A stretch of 64,000 nucleotides of DNA from Bacteroidetes bacterium CG2_30_33_31. GTDB lineage: Bacteria; Bacteroidota; Bacteroidia; Bacteroidales; UBA1556. Location of the stretch: the NCBI GenBank assembly GCA_001872625.1, contig MNXP01000049.1, forward strand, positions 36,142-100,141, read 5' to 3'. Each line of letters opens with the position of its first letter. Position 1 is the first letter of the stretch. This document shows, piece after piece, positions 33,718-44,466 of the stretch. Below the pieces are notes generated by a model that had not been told where the DNA came from, made no database searches, and was given only the letters and a program-made list of their open reading frames with translations. The position numbers and the translations under genes are program-made.

Positions 33718-35925
33718 ATGTTTAAAATCAAATATTTACTTTTTATACTTCTTACTTCTACAAGCATATCAGGGCTTGCCCAAAAAACTAAAGATTATGG
33801 CGAAGCACTTAAAACAAAAATAAGTCTTGACGACATTTGGCTTAAATATGCTTATTATCCTGAATCGGTTGAGGGTTATAACTCTATGAATGATGGCATT
33901 ACATACAGTTTGTCAAATCAAGGAAATATTGATATATATTCATACAAAACAGGTAAATTGACCAAGACCTTAGTTGATGCAGTTTCATTTATTCCAAAAG
34001 ATCAAAAAAAAGCAATTGAATTTGACGAATACTCATTTAGCTCTGATGAGAAGAGAATTTTATTAGCGTCCAACTCAAAACCAATTTATCGTAATTCATT
34101 TTCGGCAGATTATTGGGTCTATAATTTGGAGTCGAAAGCACTACAAACTTTAAGCAATAAAGGTGCTCAACGATTGGCAACATTTTCCCCTAATGGCGAT
34201 AAAGTAGCTTTTGTAAGAGATAATAATCTGTTTTATAGAGATTTAATTAGCAATGAAGAAATCCAAATTACCTTTGACGGCCAGCTCAATAAGATTATTA
34301 ATGGCGCTCCAGACTGGGTTTATGAAGAAGAATTTTCATTTACAAAAGCATTTGAATGGTCGCCTGACGGAAACAAAATTGCTTTTATAAGATTTGATGA
34401 ATCTGAAGTAAAAGAATTTGACTTAACAAAATATGGCGAATTGTACCCCAAAACCATAAAATATAAATATCCAAAAGCTGGTGAAGCAAATTCAAAAGTG
34501 TCAGTATTGATTTATGATTTGGGCTCAAGAAACAGCAAAAAAGTTGATATTGGCAGAAATGAAGATATCTATATACCAAGAATTGCATGGACAACTTCTA
34601 ATAATGTTCTCAGTGTTCAGCGGTTAAATAGACTGCAAAATAAATGGGAAATATTGTTAGTCAATGGAGAAACAGGAAATTCGCAAGTTGCTTATAATGA
34701 AGAGAATAAATATTATATCGATATTACTGACAATCTAATTTGGCTAAAAAATGGCGAAGGATTTATCATCACTTCCGAACAATCTGGTTTTAATCATATT
34801 TATCTGTATGATATGAAAGGTCAACAAGTTAAACAACTTACAAAAGGCAATTTCGATGTTATCGAAGTTAAAGGTTTGGATTCAAAAAGCGGCAATCTTT
34901 ATTATATTTCTGCCCAAACGGCGCCAATGAATAGGGATATTATGATGGTGAATATCAAAAGTGGTAAAACGACAAAGATTTCAAATAAAGAAGGAACAAA
35001 TTCTCCTCAATTTTCCAAAGGATTCAAATACTTTGTAAATACATTTACCGATTTAAATACACCTCCTTTTATATCTGTAAATGATGAAAATGGAAAAGAA
35101 ATTTATGTATTAAAAGATAATGCAAAACTTATAAAAAAAATGAATATCAATGGATATTCGCCAGCTAACTTTTTCAAATTCAACACTAAAGATAATATCA
35201 GTTTGAATGCTTGGATGATTAAACCTTTAGATTTTGACTCTACAAAACGTTATCCTGTTTTGATATATGTATATGGAGGCCCAGGTTCCCAAACTGTCCT
35301 TAACGATTGGGGATGGTTCAATTTAATATGGTTTGAAATGTTGGCACAAAATGGTTACATCATTGTTTCTGTGGACGGAAGAGGTACTGGAGCAAGAGGA
35401 GAGGAGTTCAAAAAAAGCACATATCTAAATCTCGGCCGCCAAGAAACAATAGACCAAATTGAAGCAACGAAATATTTATCTTCACTGGGATATGTTGATA
35501 GCAAAAGAATTGGCATTTTTGGCTGGAGTTATGGCGGTTATATGTCGGCATTGTGCATGACAAATGGTGCCAATTATTTTAAAGCTGGAATAGCTGTAGC
35601 GCCAGTTACAAATTGGAGATACTACGACAATATTTATACTGAAAGATTTATGAGAACTCCTCAAGAGAATGGTGATAATTATGATGTTAATTCACCAATT
35701 ACTCATGTGGACAAATTTACTGGTAAATTTTTGTTGGTGCATGGCGTAGAAGATGATAATGTTCATGTTCAAAATTCTATGGACTTGGTAACGGCTTTGG
35801 TAAATAAAAATAAACAATTTGAAATGCAATTCTATCCAAATAACGACCATGGCATTCACAATGGACGTTACACCAGATATCATTTATATAAAAGAATGAC
35901 CGACTTTATTTATCTAAACCTTTAA
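33718..35925 (+). CDS. dipeptidyl-peptidase IV (S9B family serine peptidase)
   Basis: 735 aa with a signal peptide. DPPIV N-terminal propeller (DWVYEEEF motif). Catalytic GWSYGG (IFGWSYGGYMS). C-terminal ..VHGVEDDNVH.. and ..NDHGI. Confidence 0.9.
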   Translation: MFKIKYLLFILLTSTSISGLAQKTKDYGEALKTKISLDDIWLKYAYYPESVEGYNSMNDGITYSLSNQGNIDIYSYKTGKLTKTLVDAVSFIPKDQKKAIEFDEYSFSSDEKRILLASNSKPIYRNSFSADYWVYNLESKALQTLSNKGAQRLATFSPNGDKVAFVRDNNLFYRDLISNEEIQITFDGQLNKIINGAPDWVYEEEFSFTKAFEWSPDGNKIAFIRFDESEVKEFDLTKYGELYPKTIKYKYPKAGEANSKVSVLIYDLGSRNSKKVDIGRNEDIYIPRIAWTTSNNVLSVQRLNRLQNKWEILLVNGETGNSQVAYNEENKYYIDITDNLIWLKNGEGFIITSEQSGFNHIYLYDMKGQQVKQLTKGNFDVIEVKGLDSKSGNLYYISAQTAPMNRDIMMVNIKSGKTTKISNKEGTNSPQFSKGFKYFVNTFTDLNTPPFISVNDENGKEIYVLKDNAKLIKKMNINGYSPANFFKFNTKDNISLNAWMIKPLDFDSTKRYPVLIYVYGGPGSQTVLNDWGWFNLIWFEMLAQNGYIIVSVDGRGTGARGEEFKKSTYLNLGRQETIDQIEATKYLSSLGYVDSKRIGIFGWSYGGYMSALCMTNGANYFKAGIAVAPVTNWRYYDNIYTERFMRTPQENGDNYDVNSPITHVDKFTGKFLLVHGVEDDNVHVQNSMDLVTALVNKNKQFEMQFYPNNDHGIHNGRYTRYHLYKRMTDFIYLNL

Positions 35926-36014
35926 GAAATCATTCAAAAATTAAAATGATATTTATGGCAATGTTATTTTATTATAATTTATTTTTTAATGCTTTGCTTT
36001 AATTGTTATTTTAT

Positions 36015-36022
36015 TATTTTTG
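36015..36022 (+). promoter_or_regulatory. -7 promoter box TATTTTTG
   Basis: Exact TAnnTTTG match, 22 nt upstream of ATG 36045. Confidence 0.45.
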
Positions 36023-36044
36023 TAACGAAACATATTAACTAATT

Positions 36045-36722
36045 ATGAAAGATTGTGTTACATGTAAATATAAATCACAATTGTTTGAGAAACTAACTGA
36101 GGCTCAATCAGAAGAGATTTATAAGACAAAAAAAACTGTATTTGTTTCCAAAGGCGAAATGATTATTAGGGAAGATGAAAAAATCTCAAGCTTTGTTTAC
36201 CTCGTTAATGGCTTAGTGAAATTGCACAAAATGGATAGATTTGGCAAAGATCAAATTGTATCTATTGCAAAACCTATGGATTTTGTTGGCTTGCTTACTA
36301 TTTTTTCTGAAACTGAATATAATTATAGCATGACAGCCTTGCAAGATAGCACAATAAGTTTTGTAGATGCCAGCTTAATGAAAAGATATATCTCTGAAAA
36401 TGGAACTTTTGCACTCGAAGTAATGAAATATATTAGTACCATTTCTGATGATATTATCAGAAAAACTTACGCCATCAATAGCAAAAACCTTCGTGGAAGA
36501 ATTGCCTTCGTACTTACCGATTTCACTGATAATATTTATAATAGTGATACTTTTGATATGCCAATTAGCCGTAAAGAAATTGGTGAACTAATAGATATGA
36601 CTCCAGAAAATGTAATAAGAATTCTCTCTGAATTTCGACAAGATGGATTGATAAACCTTAAAGGTAAACATGTAGAAATCCTTAACAAAAAGATGATTTT
36701 GAAAATAAAGGATATCGGATAA
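36045..36722 (+). CDS. Crp/Fnr family transcriptional regulator
   Basis: 225 aa with a cNMP-binding-like beta-roll and a C-terminal HTH (ISRKEIGELIDMTPENVIRILSEFRQDGLI). Confidence 0.8.
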   Translation: MKDCVTCKYKSQLFEKLTEAQSEEIYKTKKTVFVSKGEMIIREDEKISSFVYLVNGLVKLHKMDRFGKDQIVSIAKPMDFVGLLTIFSETEYNYSMTALQDSTISFVDASLMKRYISENGTFALEVMKYISTISDDIIRKTYAINSKNLRGRIAFVLTDFTDNIYNSDTFDMPISRKEIGELIDMTPENVIRILSEFRQDGLINLKGKHVEILNKKMILKIKDIG

Positions 36723-36746
36723 TTGATTTTATTTATTACAGTATAA

Positions 36747-37094
36747 ATGAAAAGATATATTATTTTGATAATTGGTCTTTCGATAGTTTACATCTCAAGT
36801 TGCCAGAAACTAAATATAGAAAAGGGAACTCCAAAATGCATTACAAGCCTTATTAAAGATTTTGACAACTCCCAAAATTGTATGGATAGCGTAAATGTTA
36901 AAAAATACAGCTTCCAAGGCAAAATTGTTTATGTTTTTAATCCTGGAATTTGTGGTGCCGATATGACCTCTGAAGTTGTTGATTATAACTGTAATAGTCT
37001 TGGCTTTTTAGGCGGAATTAGTGGCAATACCATAATTAATTGTGAAGATTTTTCGCATGCAAAATTTGAAAGTGTAACTTGGGAGAAAAAATAA
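36747..37094 (+). CDS. small Cys-rich lipoprotein, function unknown
   Basis: 115 aa. Signal peptide with lipobox (LSIVYISSC). Six further Cys residues. Confidence 0.6.
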   Translation: MKRYIILIIGLSIVYISSCQKLNIEKGTPKCITSLIKDFDNSQNCMDSVNVKKYSFQGKIVYVFNPGICGADMTSEVVDYNCNSLGFLGGISGNTIINCEDFSHAKFESVTWEKK

Positions 37095-37246
37095 TTGATA
37101 AAGAAAAATTTCAACTTTTGAGATTTTATTATTATCATCTAACCAAAGCAGACTATTACCTTGCAAGAATATTTTTCAATATAAACCCAAGCTAAAATAG
37201 GTTTAAAAATAATTATAAATTGCTAAAATTATATCTATGGCTTTTA

Positions 37247-37254
37247 TACCTTTG
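37247..37254 (+). promoter_or_regulatory. -7 promoter box TACCTTTG
   Basis: Exact TAnnTTTG match, 27 nt upstream of ATG 37282. Confidence 0.5.
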
Positions 37255-37281
37255 CAATACAAATTCTAAACAAGAAATTCT

Positions 37282-37743
37282 ATGATTCAACGTATTCAAA
37301 CCCTCTGGCTATTTTTGGTCTTTGTGATGGCAACTCTAATGATGTTTTTTCCAATAGCATCCTTCAGTTCTGAAAATCATGATTTTATATTGAAAATATT
37401 TTCCATTGAAAGCTCTAAAGGAATAATCGGATTACCAAATCCAAGTATAATTGGAATTTTATCAGCCATCTTAAGCATTTTAGCAATTGGAAATATAATG
37501 CAGTTCAAGAATCGAAAATTGCAAATAAAAATTAATATGATAGCAATGCTTATCAATATTGGGCTTCTGCTTGCCATATTTTTTATCAGTGATAAAATTG
37601 CAGCTCTGGAAAATGTTTCAGATATTTATAAATATGAATTCGGTTCTTATCTGCCTATTGTTTCAGTATTTTTGCTGGTAATGGCTAACAGAAGCATACG
37701 AAAAGATGAAGCATTAGTGAAACAATCAGATAGAATAAGATAA
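37282..37743 (+). CDS. small four-helix membrane protein (DUF4293-like)
   Basis: 153 aa. The N-terminal MIQRIQTLWLFL is as I remember it for Bacteroidota DUF4293 proteins. About 4 TM helices. Confidence 0.55.
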   Translation: MIQRIQTLWLFLVFVMATLMMFFPIASFSSENHDFILKIFSIESSKGIIGLPNPSIIGILSAILSILAIGNIMQFKNRKLQIKINMIAMLINIGLLLAIFFISDKIAALENVSDIYKYEFGSYLPIVSVFLLVMANRSIRKDEALVKQSDRIR

Positions 37744-37782
37744 TTTATTTCCCATCTTTGGGATTTTTTTTAATTCAAGATT

Positions 37783-40700
37783 ATGATAATATTTTATAAG
37801 TTAGAAAATGTCTTTGCAGTTCAATCAACTATTTTTCAAGACATAATAAGTCTTGAGAAATTAAGCTGGCTTTTTGGTAATGCAAGATACATTGCTGCAG
37901 ATTCTATTGAGGGAAATTATATAGGTCCCAGAAAAGAAATGGTAACGCCATGGAGCACAAATGCAGTAGAAATAACCCAAAATATGGGCATCTCAGGAAT
38001 ACTGAGGATTGAAGAATTAAAGCTTGTTGAAGACTCAATAACTGCTGAATATGATGCAATGCTTCAGTCTCTTTATAGCAGCCCCGATCAAAATATTTTT
38101 GAAATAGACATTGAACCAGAGCCAATTGTATATATCGATGACCTCATAAAATATAATCAAAAAGAAGGTTTAGCTCTAAGTGAAGATGAAATTGAATATT
38201 TGCAGGAGATGAGTTCAAAATTAGGACGTAAACTCACCGACAGTGAAGTTTATGGTTTTGCTCAAGTTAATTCAGAACACTGCCGTCATAAAATATTTAA
38301 TGGGACTTTTATTATTGACGGAAAGGAAATGCCAGAATCACTTTTCTCATTAATAAAAAAAACAGCAAAGGAAAATCCGAACACAATTGTGTCTGCATAC
38401 AAAGATAATGTTGCTTTTGTTGAAGGTCCCGAAATTGAACAATTTGCTCCACTTAGACAAGACACTTCAAGCTTTTTTGAAGTAAAAAAAATCAAATCAT
38501 TAATTTCCTTAAAAGCCGAAACCCATAATTTTCCAACAACAGTGGAACCATTTAATGGGGCTGCCACTGGCTCAGGGGGCGAAATAAGAGATCGGCTCGC
38601 TGGCGGAAAAGGAAGTCTTCCTCTTTCTGGTTCAGCGGTTTATATGACTTCTTACCCAAGAATTGGCTTCGGAAGGCCATGGGATAAAAAAATGGATGAA
38701 AGAAAATGGCTGTACCAATCTCCTCTTGAAATATTAATAAAAGCTTCAAATGGAGCTTCCGATTTTGGAAATAAATTTGGACAGCCTCTAATTAACGGTA
38801 GCCTTTTGACTTTCGAACATCAGGAAAATGGGAAAAGATTTGCATACGATAAAGTTATCATGCAAGCTGGTGGAATAGGATATGCAAACGCTCAAGATGC
38901 TGAAAAAGATATTCCTCAAAAAGGTGATAGATTGATAGTTATGGGCGGCGACAACTATCGCATTGGTATGGGAGGTGGCGCAGTTTCATCTGTGGCAACA
39001 GGCGAATTTGAAAATAATATCGAATTAAATGCTGTACAGAGGTCAAATCCAGAAATGCAAAAAAGAGTCGCAAATGCAATTCGTGCAATGGTTGAAAGCG
39101 ACAAAAATCCAATAGTTTCAATCCATGACCATGGTGCTGGAGGTCATATTAACTCACTCTCCGAACTCGTTGAAGCTACTGGAGGCAAAATTGAAATTGA
39201 TAAGCTTCCTGTTGGTGACCCAACTCTTTCATCAAAAGAAATAATTGGAAATGAATCGCAAGAACGAATGGGATTGATTATTAATACAAAAAATTATAAA
39301 TACTTGCATGATGTAGCAATTCGCGAACGAGCTCCTCTTTACAATGTTGGTGAGGTAACTTCCGACATGAATTTTAGTTTTGTGCTCCCTTCAGGAGAAA
39401 AACCAATAGATTTAAATTTGTCTTATCTTTTTGGAAAACCTCCGAAGTCTGTTTTATTTGACAAAGAATATAAAGTAACTTATAAAGAACCAAAATATCA
39501 AATTGATTACTTTCAAGAATACCTGAAAAATTTATTGAAATTAGAATCTGTTGCTTGCAAAGATTGGTTAACCAATAAAGTAGATAGATCAGTTACAGGC
39601 AAAGTTGCTAAGCAGCAATGCGCAGGCGCTATCCAACTGCCACTCAATAATTTAGGTGTCATGGCTTTGGACTACAAAGGTATAAAAGGAATTGCTACTT
39701 CTATCGGACATTCGCCAGTTTTGGCTCTTATTGATGAAGCTGCTGGATCAAGATTGTCAGTTGCAGAAGCTTTGACAAATATTATTTGGGCTCCGCTAAA
39801 AGATGGTCTAAAATCGGTTTCTCTAAGTGCAAATTGGATGTGGCCAGCAAAAAATGACGGCGAAAATGCTCGCCTTTATCGTGCGGTAGAAGCCTTAAGT
39901 GAATTTGTTATTGAGCTCGGAATAAACATTCCTACAGGTAAAGATTCTCTATCCATGGTTCAGAAATATGACGACGGATTAGTGTACTCACCTGGTACTG
40001 TTATAATTTCTGCTTCTGCTGAAGTCTCAAACATTAAGAATGTAATAGAACCAGTTTTGAAAGATATACTTTCTTCTAAACTCATCTATATTCCTTTTTC
40101 CGATTGCAAATTTAATCTCGGTGGCAGTAGTTTTAGTCAAACATTAGATCAAATTGGTGGTCCAATTCCAGATGTAAATGACGCAAAATATTTTGCAAAA
40201 TGTTTTGAAATTGTACAGAAACTACTCAAAGAAAATTTAATTCTTTCAGGTCATGACATTTCTGCTGGCGGTTTAATTACAACTCTTTTGGAGATGACTT
40301 TTGCCTCTGATAAAATTGGCTTAGATTTAGATTTTAATACATTTGATGAACCCGACTTGATTAAGATTATTTTTAGTGAAAAGCCAGCAATTGTAATTCA
40401 AGTTTCTGAAATAGAAAAAGTTAGCGAGATTCTTCATAGCAGTAATGTAAAATTCCTAAACATAGGAAAAATTACATCCAATAGAGATTTGAACATAATT
40501 CATAATTCAGATAACTTAACTATTGACATTGATAAAAAGCGCGAGATTTGGTACAATACTTCCTATCTCTTCGACACCTATCAAACTGCATTTGGCTTTG
40601 CAAAAAGCAGGCTAAACAACTATATGAATCAGAAACTCAACTATAGGTTTCCGTCAAATTTTAGTGGTAAGTTAGCTGATTATCAGCCAATAAATATTGA

Positions 40701-41454
40701 AAAACCAAAAGCTGCAATAATTCGAGAGAAAGGTGTAAATGGTGATAGAGAAATGGCATATTCATTATTTTTAGCTGGTTTTGATGTCAAAGATGTTCAC
40801 ATGACCGACCTGATTTCTGGACGTGAAAACCTATCCGAAATTAGTATAATTGTATTTGTGGGTGGTTTTTCTAATTCCGACGTTTTGGGAAGCGCAAAAG
40901 GTTGGGCTGGTGCTTTTCTCTATAATCCTATTGCCAAAAAAATTCTTTACGATTTTTATTCACGAGAAAATACCCTAAGTCTTGGAGTTTGCAACGGTTG
41001 TCAATTGATGGTAGAACTTGGACTTATAACTCCAAATCACCAGATAAAACCAAAAATGCTTCACAACGATTCTCACAAATTTGAATCAGCTTTTATAAAT
41101 GTAGAAGTAAAAGAATCTACATCAATTATGCTCAAAACATTGGAAAATAGTAGATTAGGAATTTGGGTGGCTCATGGCGAAGGAAAGTTTGACTTACCAT
41201 TTGACGAATCATCTTATAATATACCAGTAAAGTATGGCTTTGATACATATCCCGCAAATCCAAATGGTTCTGAATACAATGCAGCGGCAATATGTTCTGA
41301 TGATGGCCGCCATCTGGCAATTATGCCTCATTTAGAAAGATCCCTTTTTAGCTGGCAATGGGCAAATTATCCAGAAAATAGAACCTCGGATGAAATCACT
41401 CCTTGGATAGAAGCTTTTGTAAATGCCAGAGAATGGATTTTAAATAATAAATAA
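37783..41454 (+). CDS. purL: phosphoribosylformylglycinamidine synthase, single-chain large type
   Basis: 1,223 aa. Motifs: [33 protein letters not shown], the AIR-synthase-like repeats, and a C-terminal glutaminase domain (GVCNGCQ, HGEG). Confidence 0.95.
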   Translation: MIIFYKLENVFAVQSTIFQDIISLEKLSWLFGNARYIAADSIEGNYIGPRKEMVTPWSTNAVEITQNMGISGILRIEELKLVEDSITAEYDAMLQSLYSSPDQNIFEIDIEPEPIVYIDDLIKYNQKEGLALSEDEIEYLQEMSSKLGRKLTDSEVYGFAQVNSEHCRHKIFNGTFIIDGKEMPESLFSLIKKTAKENPNTIVSAYKDNVAFVEGPEIEQFAPLRQDTSSFFEVKKIKSLISLKAETHNFPTTVEPFNGAATGSGGEIRDRLAGGKGSLPLSGSAVYMTSYPRIGFGRPWDKKMDERKWLYQSPLEILIKASNGASDFGNKFGQPLINGSLLTFEHQENGKRFAYDKVIMQAGGIGYANAQDAEKDIPQKGDRLIVMGGDNYRIGMGGGAVSSVATGEFENNIELNAVQRSNPEMQKRVANAIRAMVESDKNPIVSIHDHGAGGHINSLSELVEATGGKIEIDKLPVGDPTLSSKEIIGNESQERMGLIINTKNYKYLHDVAIRERAPLYNVGEVTSDMNFSFVLPSGEKPIDLNLSYLFGKPPKSVLFDKEYKVTYKEPKYQIDYFQEYLKNLLKLESVACKDWLTNKVDRSVTGKVAKQQCAGAIQLPLNNLGVMALDYKGIKGIATSIGHSPVLALIDEAAGSRLSVAEALTNIIWAPLKDGLKSVSLSANWMWPAKNDGENARLYRAVEALSEFVIELGINIPTGKDSLSMVQKYDDGLVYSPGTVIISASAEVSNIKNVIEPVLKDILSSKLIYIPFSDCKFNLGGSSFSQTLDQIGGPIPDVNDAKYFAKCFEIVQKLLKENLILSGHDISAGGLITTLLEMTFASDKIGLDLDFNTFDEPDLIKIIFSEKPAIVIQVSEIEKVSEILHSSNVKFLNIGKITSNRDLNIIHNSDNLTIDIDKKREIWYNTSYLFDTYQTAFGFAKSRLNNYMNQKLNYRFPSNFSGKLADYQPINIEKPKAAIIREKGVNGDREMAYSLFLAGFDVKDVHMTDLISGRENLSEISIIVFVGGFSNSDVLGSAKGWAGAFLYNPIAKKILYDFYSRENTLSLGVCNGCQLMVELGLITPNHQIKPKMLHNDSHKFESAFINVEVKESTSIMLKTLENSRLGIWVAHGEGKFDLPFDESSYNIPVKYGFDTYPANPNGSEYNAAAICSDDGRHLAIMPHLERSLFSWQWANYPENRTSDEITPWIEAFVNAREWILNNK

Positions 41455-41460
41455 TTTGAT

Positions 41461-44400
41461 ATGAATTACCAAATTTCTGACCCACAAAATATTTATTATT
41501 CTGATGTAGATTTCGATAATTTGATGGCTTTCAGAGTTCGAAAAATATTGTTGTTATGCTCTAAATATGATGCATTTATGCTCGAAGAAGATGGCAGAAT
41601 TGACGAACAAATTTTTAATGAATATGTACAGTTAAATTTACGATATCCACCACAATTTATTCAAGTTACCACCGCCGAAGAAGCATTAGAAATTCTCGAA
41701 AAAGGACAAATAAATTTGATAATCAATATGCTGAGTGTGCGAGGAATGGATCCTTTTGAGTTATCGCGAAAAATGAAAAGAATGTATAAAGACATCCCTT
41801 TGGTGATTCTTTCACCAATGTCGCGCGAAATAACCATGAAACTCAATACAGAAGATTTGACTGGTGTCGATTATATTTTTAGCTGGTTGGGAAATGCTGA
41901 TTTGCTTCTCGCAATAGTGAAATTGATAGAGGATAGATGGAACGCCGACCATGATATAAATGAAATTGGAGTTAATGCAATTGTATTGGTAGAAGATTCT
42001 ATACCATTCTATTCCAGTTATTTACCAAATATTTACAGAATAATAATTACTCAAGCAAAAAAGTTTATGGCTGAAGGTTTGAACGAGCATCAGAAAACTA
42101 TGAGGATGCGCGGTAGGCCAAAAATTTTATTTGCCAAAAACTTTGAAGAAGCACTTGAACTTTTTAAAAAATACAACAAAAACTTATTAGGAATTATTTC
42201 TGATATAAGCTACGCCCACAATGGCAAACGTGATGATTATGCTGGTTTAAATTTATGTAAATTGGTTAGAAAAGATGACAAAACAATTCCATTTTTATTG
42301 CAATCTTCTATCCTGGAAAATAATGTTCATGCTCAAAAACTTCATGCTGGTTTTATTCATAAAAACTCGAAAACTTTATTAGTTGATTTAAAAAATTATT
42401 TACTCGATCATCTGGCTTTTGGCGATTTTATATTTATTAATCCAAAAACCAGAAAAGAGGTTGGAAGGGCAGCAGATTTAAAAGAACTTCAAGAAAAAGT
42501 TATGGAGATTCCTGATGAAGTTCTTCTATTTCATGTTACTCGAGACCATATATCTAAATGGTTAAGAGCCAGGGCATTATTTAGACTTGCAAATATGTTA
42601 CGATATATTCGACCTGAGCATTTTAATAATATTTTGGAAGTCCGTAATTTCATTTTTGAATCTATTTCTGGCTATAGGCGAAATACTGGTAGGGGAGTTA
42701 TTGCAAAATATTATCGTCGAAATTTTGATGATTATATTATGTTCTCCCGCATTGGTGAAGGCTATATTGGCGGAAAAGCCAGAGGCTTAGCTTTTATAGA
42801 TTTATTGCTTAAACAAAATTTTACACATAACAAATATCCAGGAGTTTTTATTTCAATACCCAAAACCGTAGTTATTGCTACTGATTATTTTGATGAATTT
42901 ATGGAGATGAATTCTCTCTATGAGACAGCATTAAAAATTGAAAGTGACGAGGAAATTTTGGAAATATTTCGTAACTCCAAACTGCCTGTTAGCCTGTTGG
43001 CCGATTTGCATAAATATTTGCAAGGTGCTGTAAATCCCATTGCTGTGCGATCTTCGAGTCTTCTCGAAGATTCACATTATCAGCCTTTTGCTGGAATTTA
43101 TTCTACTTATATGATTCCAATTATAAAGGATGATATTGAAACAAACTTGCGCCATATTTCTTATGCAATTAAGAGCGTTTATGCTTCTGTATATTTCAAA
43201 GATTCAAAAACATATCTTACCGCAACAAAGAATTTGATTGACGAGGAGAAAATGGCAATAGTTCTTCAAGAAGTTTGTGGAAGAGATTACGGAGGCTATT
43301 ATATGCCAACTTTTTCAGGCGTTGCGCGGTCCATAAATTTTTATCCTATTAATAATGAAAAACCTGAAGATGGGGTGGCAGAACTCGCTATTGGTTTAGG
43401 AAAACATATTGTTGATGGCAATGGATTTAACCTTCTTTTTTCTCCTGCTAATCCGAAAAAAATTCTACAATTATCATCGCCACAACTTGCATTGAAAGAA
43501 ACTCAGAAAAATTTTTATGCTCTTGATACCAAGATAGATACCGACTTCAATGTTCATGCTTTAGAAGACTTTGATATAATTAAAAAACCTATAAAAGACT
43601 TGCCAAAAGGAAGAGCTTTCTCCAGCGTTTTATCTTCTTATGATATGTATAATAATGTGTTAAGAGATTCTTACGACGGCACTGGAAAACCCATTGTTAC
43701 ATTTTCTCATATTCTTAAATATGACAAATTTCCTTTGTCAGAAATCATCAAAGAGATGTTACAAGTTGGTGAGGATGCTCTTAATAATCCAGTAGAAATT
43801 GAATTTGCTGTTGAATTGCCATCAGACAATACTAAGGATATTATTTTTAGCATGCTACAAATTCGTCCCATTGTTGAATCCTTCATTAACCAGAATATTG
43901 TAATGGAAGATATTAAGGAAGATGAATGTATTTTGACGAGTAAATCTTCAATTGGCAATGGATTTATCTCTGGAATTAAAGATATAATATATGTAAAACC
44001 CGAAACTTTTGAGGCAAAAAATAACCACGAAATTGCAGGAATTATTGCCCAACTAAATAGTAAATTTGATGATGAAAGCTCATATATTCTTATTGGCCCA
44101 GGACGCTGGGGCTCTAAAGACTATTGGTTGGGAATTCCAGTTTCTTGGTCTCAAATATCACATGCAAGAATAATTGTAGAATCAAGTCTCCTAAAATACC
44201 ATGTCGATCCAAGCCAAGGCACACATTTTTTTCAGAATCTTACTTCATTTCATGTGGGTTATATCACTATAAATACATATATTAAGGATGGATTTTTAGA
44301 CATAGAATATCTTAACTCACAAAAAAATATTCTTTATGAAGATAAATTTGTAAGGCATGTAAAACTTGAAAGTCCTGCGGAAATCATTTTAAATGGTAAA

Positions 44401-44466
44401 ACAAATCAAGCAGCAATCTTTAAACCTGGTACCAGAAAAATAATTGTAGAAAAAGATTCAGACTAA
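41461..44466 (+). CDS. degenerate receiver, then receiver, then PPDK_N (PEP/pyruvate-binding ATP-grasp) domain protein with an uncharacterised C-terminal region
   Basis: 1,001 aa. REC-like 1 has lost the acidic residues (KILLLCSKYD; LIINMLSV). REC-like 2 keeps them (AIVLVEDS, LLGIISDIS, FLLQSS, GFIHKNS). PPDK_N motifs: GGKARGLAF, IAVRSSSLLEDS...PFAG, MAIVLQEV, GVARSINFYP, AIGLGKHIVDG. I could find no TSHAA-type phosphohistidine motif. Confidence 0.8.
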   Translation: MNYQISDPQNIYYSDVDFDNLMAFRVRKILLLCSKYDAFMLEEDGRIDEQIFNEYVQLNLRYPPQFIQVTTAEEALEILEKGQINLIINMLSVRGMDPFELSRKMKRMYKDIPLVILSPMSREITMKLNTEDLTGVDYIFSWLGNADLLLAIVKLIEDRWNADHDINEIGVNAIVLVEDSIPFYSSYLPNIYRIIITQAKKFMAEGLNEHQKTMRMRGRPKILFAKNFEEALELFKKYNKNLLGIISDISYAHNGKRDDYAGLNLCKLVRKDDKTIPFLLQSSILENNVHAQKLHAGFIHKNSKTLLVDLKNYLLDHLAFGDFIFINPKTRKEVGRAADLKELQEKVMEIPDEVLLFHVTRDHISKWLRARALFRLANMLRYIRPEHFNNILEVRNFIFESISGYRRNTGRGVIAKYYRRNFDDYIMFSRIGEGYIGGKARGLAFIDLLLKQNFTHNKYPGVFISIPKTVVIATDYFDEFMEMNSLYETALKIESDEEILEIFRNSKLPVSLLADLHKYLQGAVNPIAVRSSSLLEDSHYQPFAGIYSTYMIPIIKDDIETNLRHISYAIKSVYASVYFKDSKTYLTATKNLIDEEKMAIVLQEVCGRDYGGYYMPTFSGVARSINFYPINNEKPEDGVAELAIGLGKHIVDGNGFNLLFSPANPKKILQLSSPQLALKETQKNFYALDTKIDTDFNVHALEDFDIIKKPIKDLPKGRAFSSVLSSYDMYNNVLRDSYDGTGKPIVTFSHILKYDKFPLSEIIKEMLQVGEDALNNPVEIEFAVELPSDNTKDIIFSMLQIRPIVESFINQNIVMEDIKEDECILTSKSSIGNGFISGIKDIIYVKPETFEAKNNHEIAGIIAQLNSKFDDESSYILIGPGRWGSKDYWLGIPVSWSQISHARIIVESSLLKYHVDPSQGTHFFQNLTSFHVGYITINTYIKDGFLDIEYLNSQKNILYEDKFVRHVKLESPAEIILNGKTNQAAIFKPGTRKIIVEKDSD

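Noticed and set aside
44463-44466. A four-base overlap of the convergent stop codons of the REC-PPDK_N gene and prfC, as a possible regulatory or antisense arrangement.
   Set aside because: Such tail-to-tail overlaps are common in compact genomes. No hairpin or other signal is visible, and nothing beyond the overlap itself can be supported.
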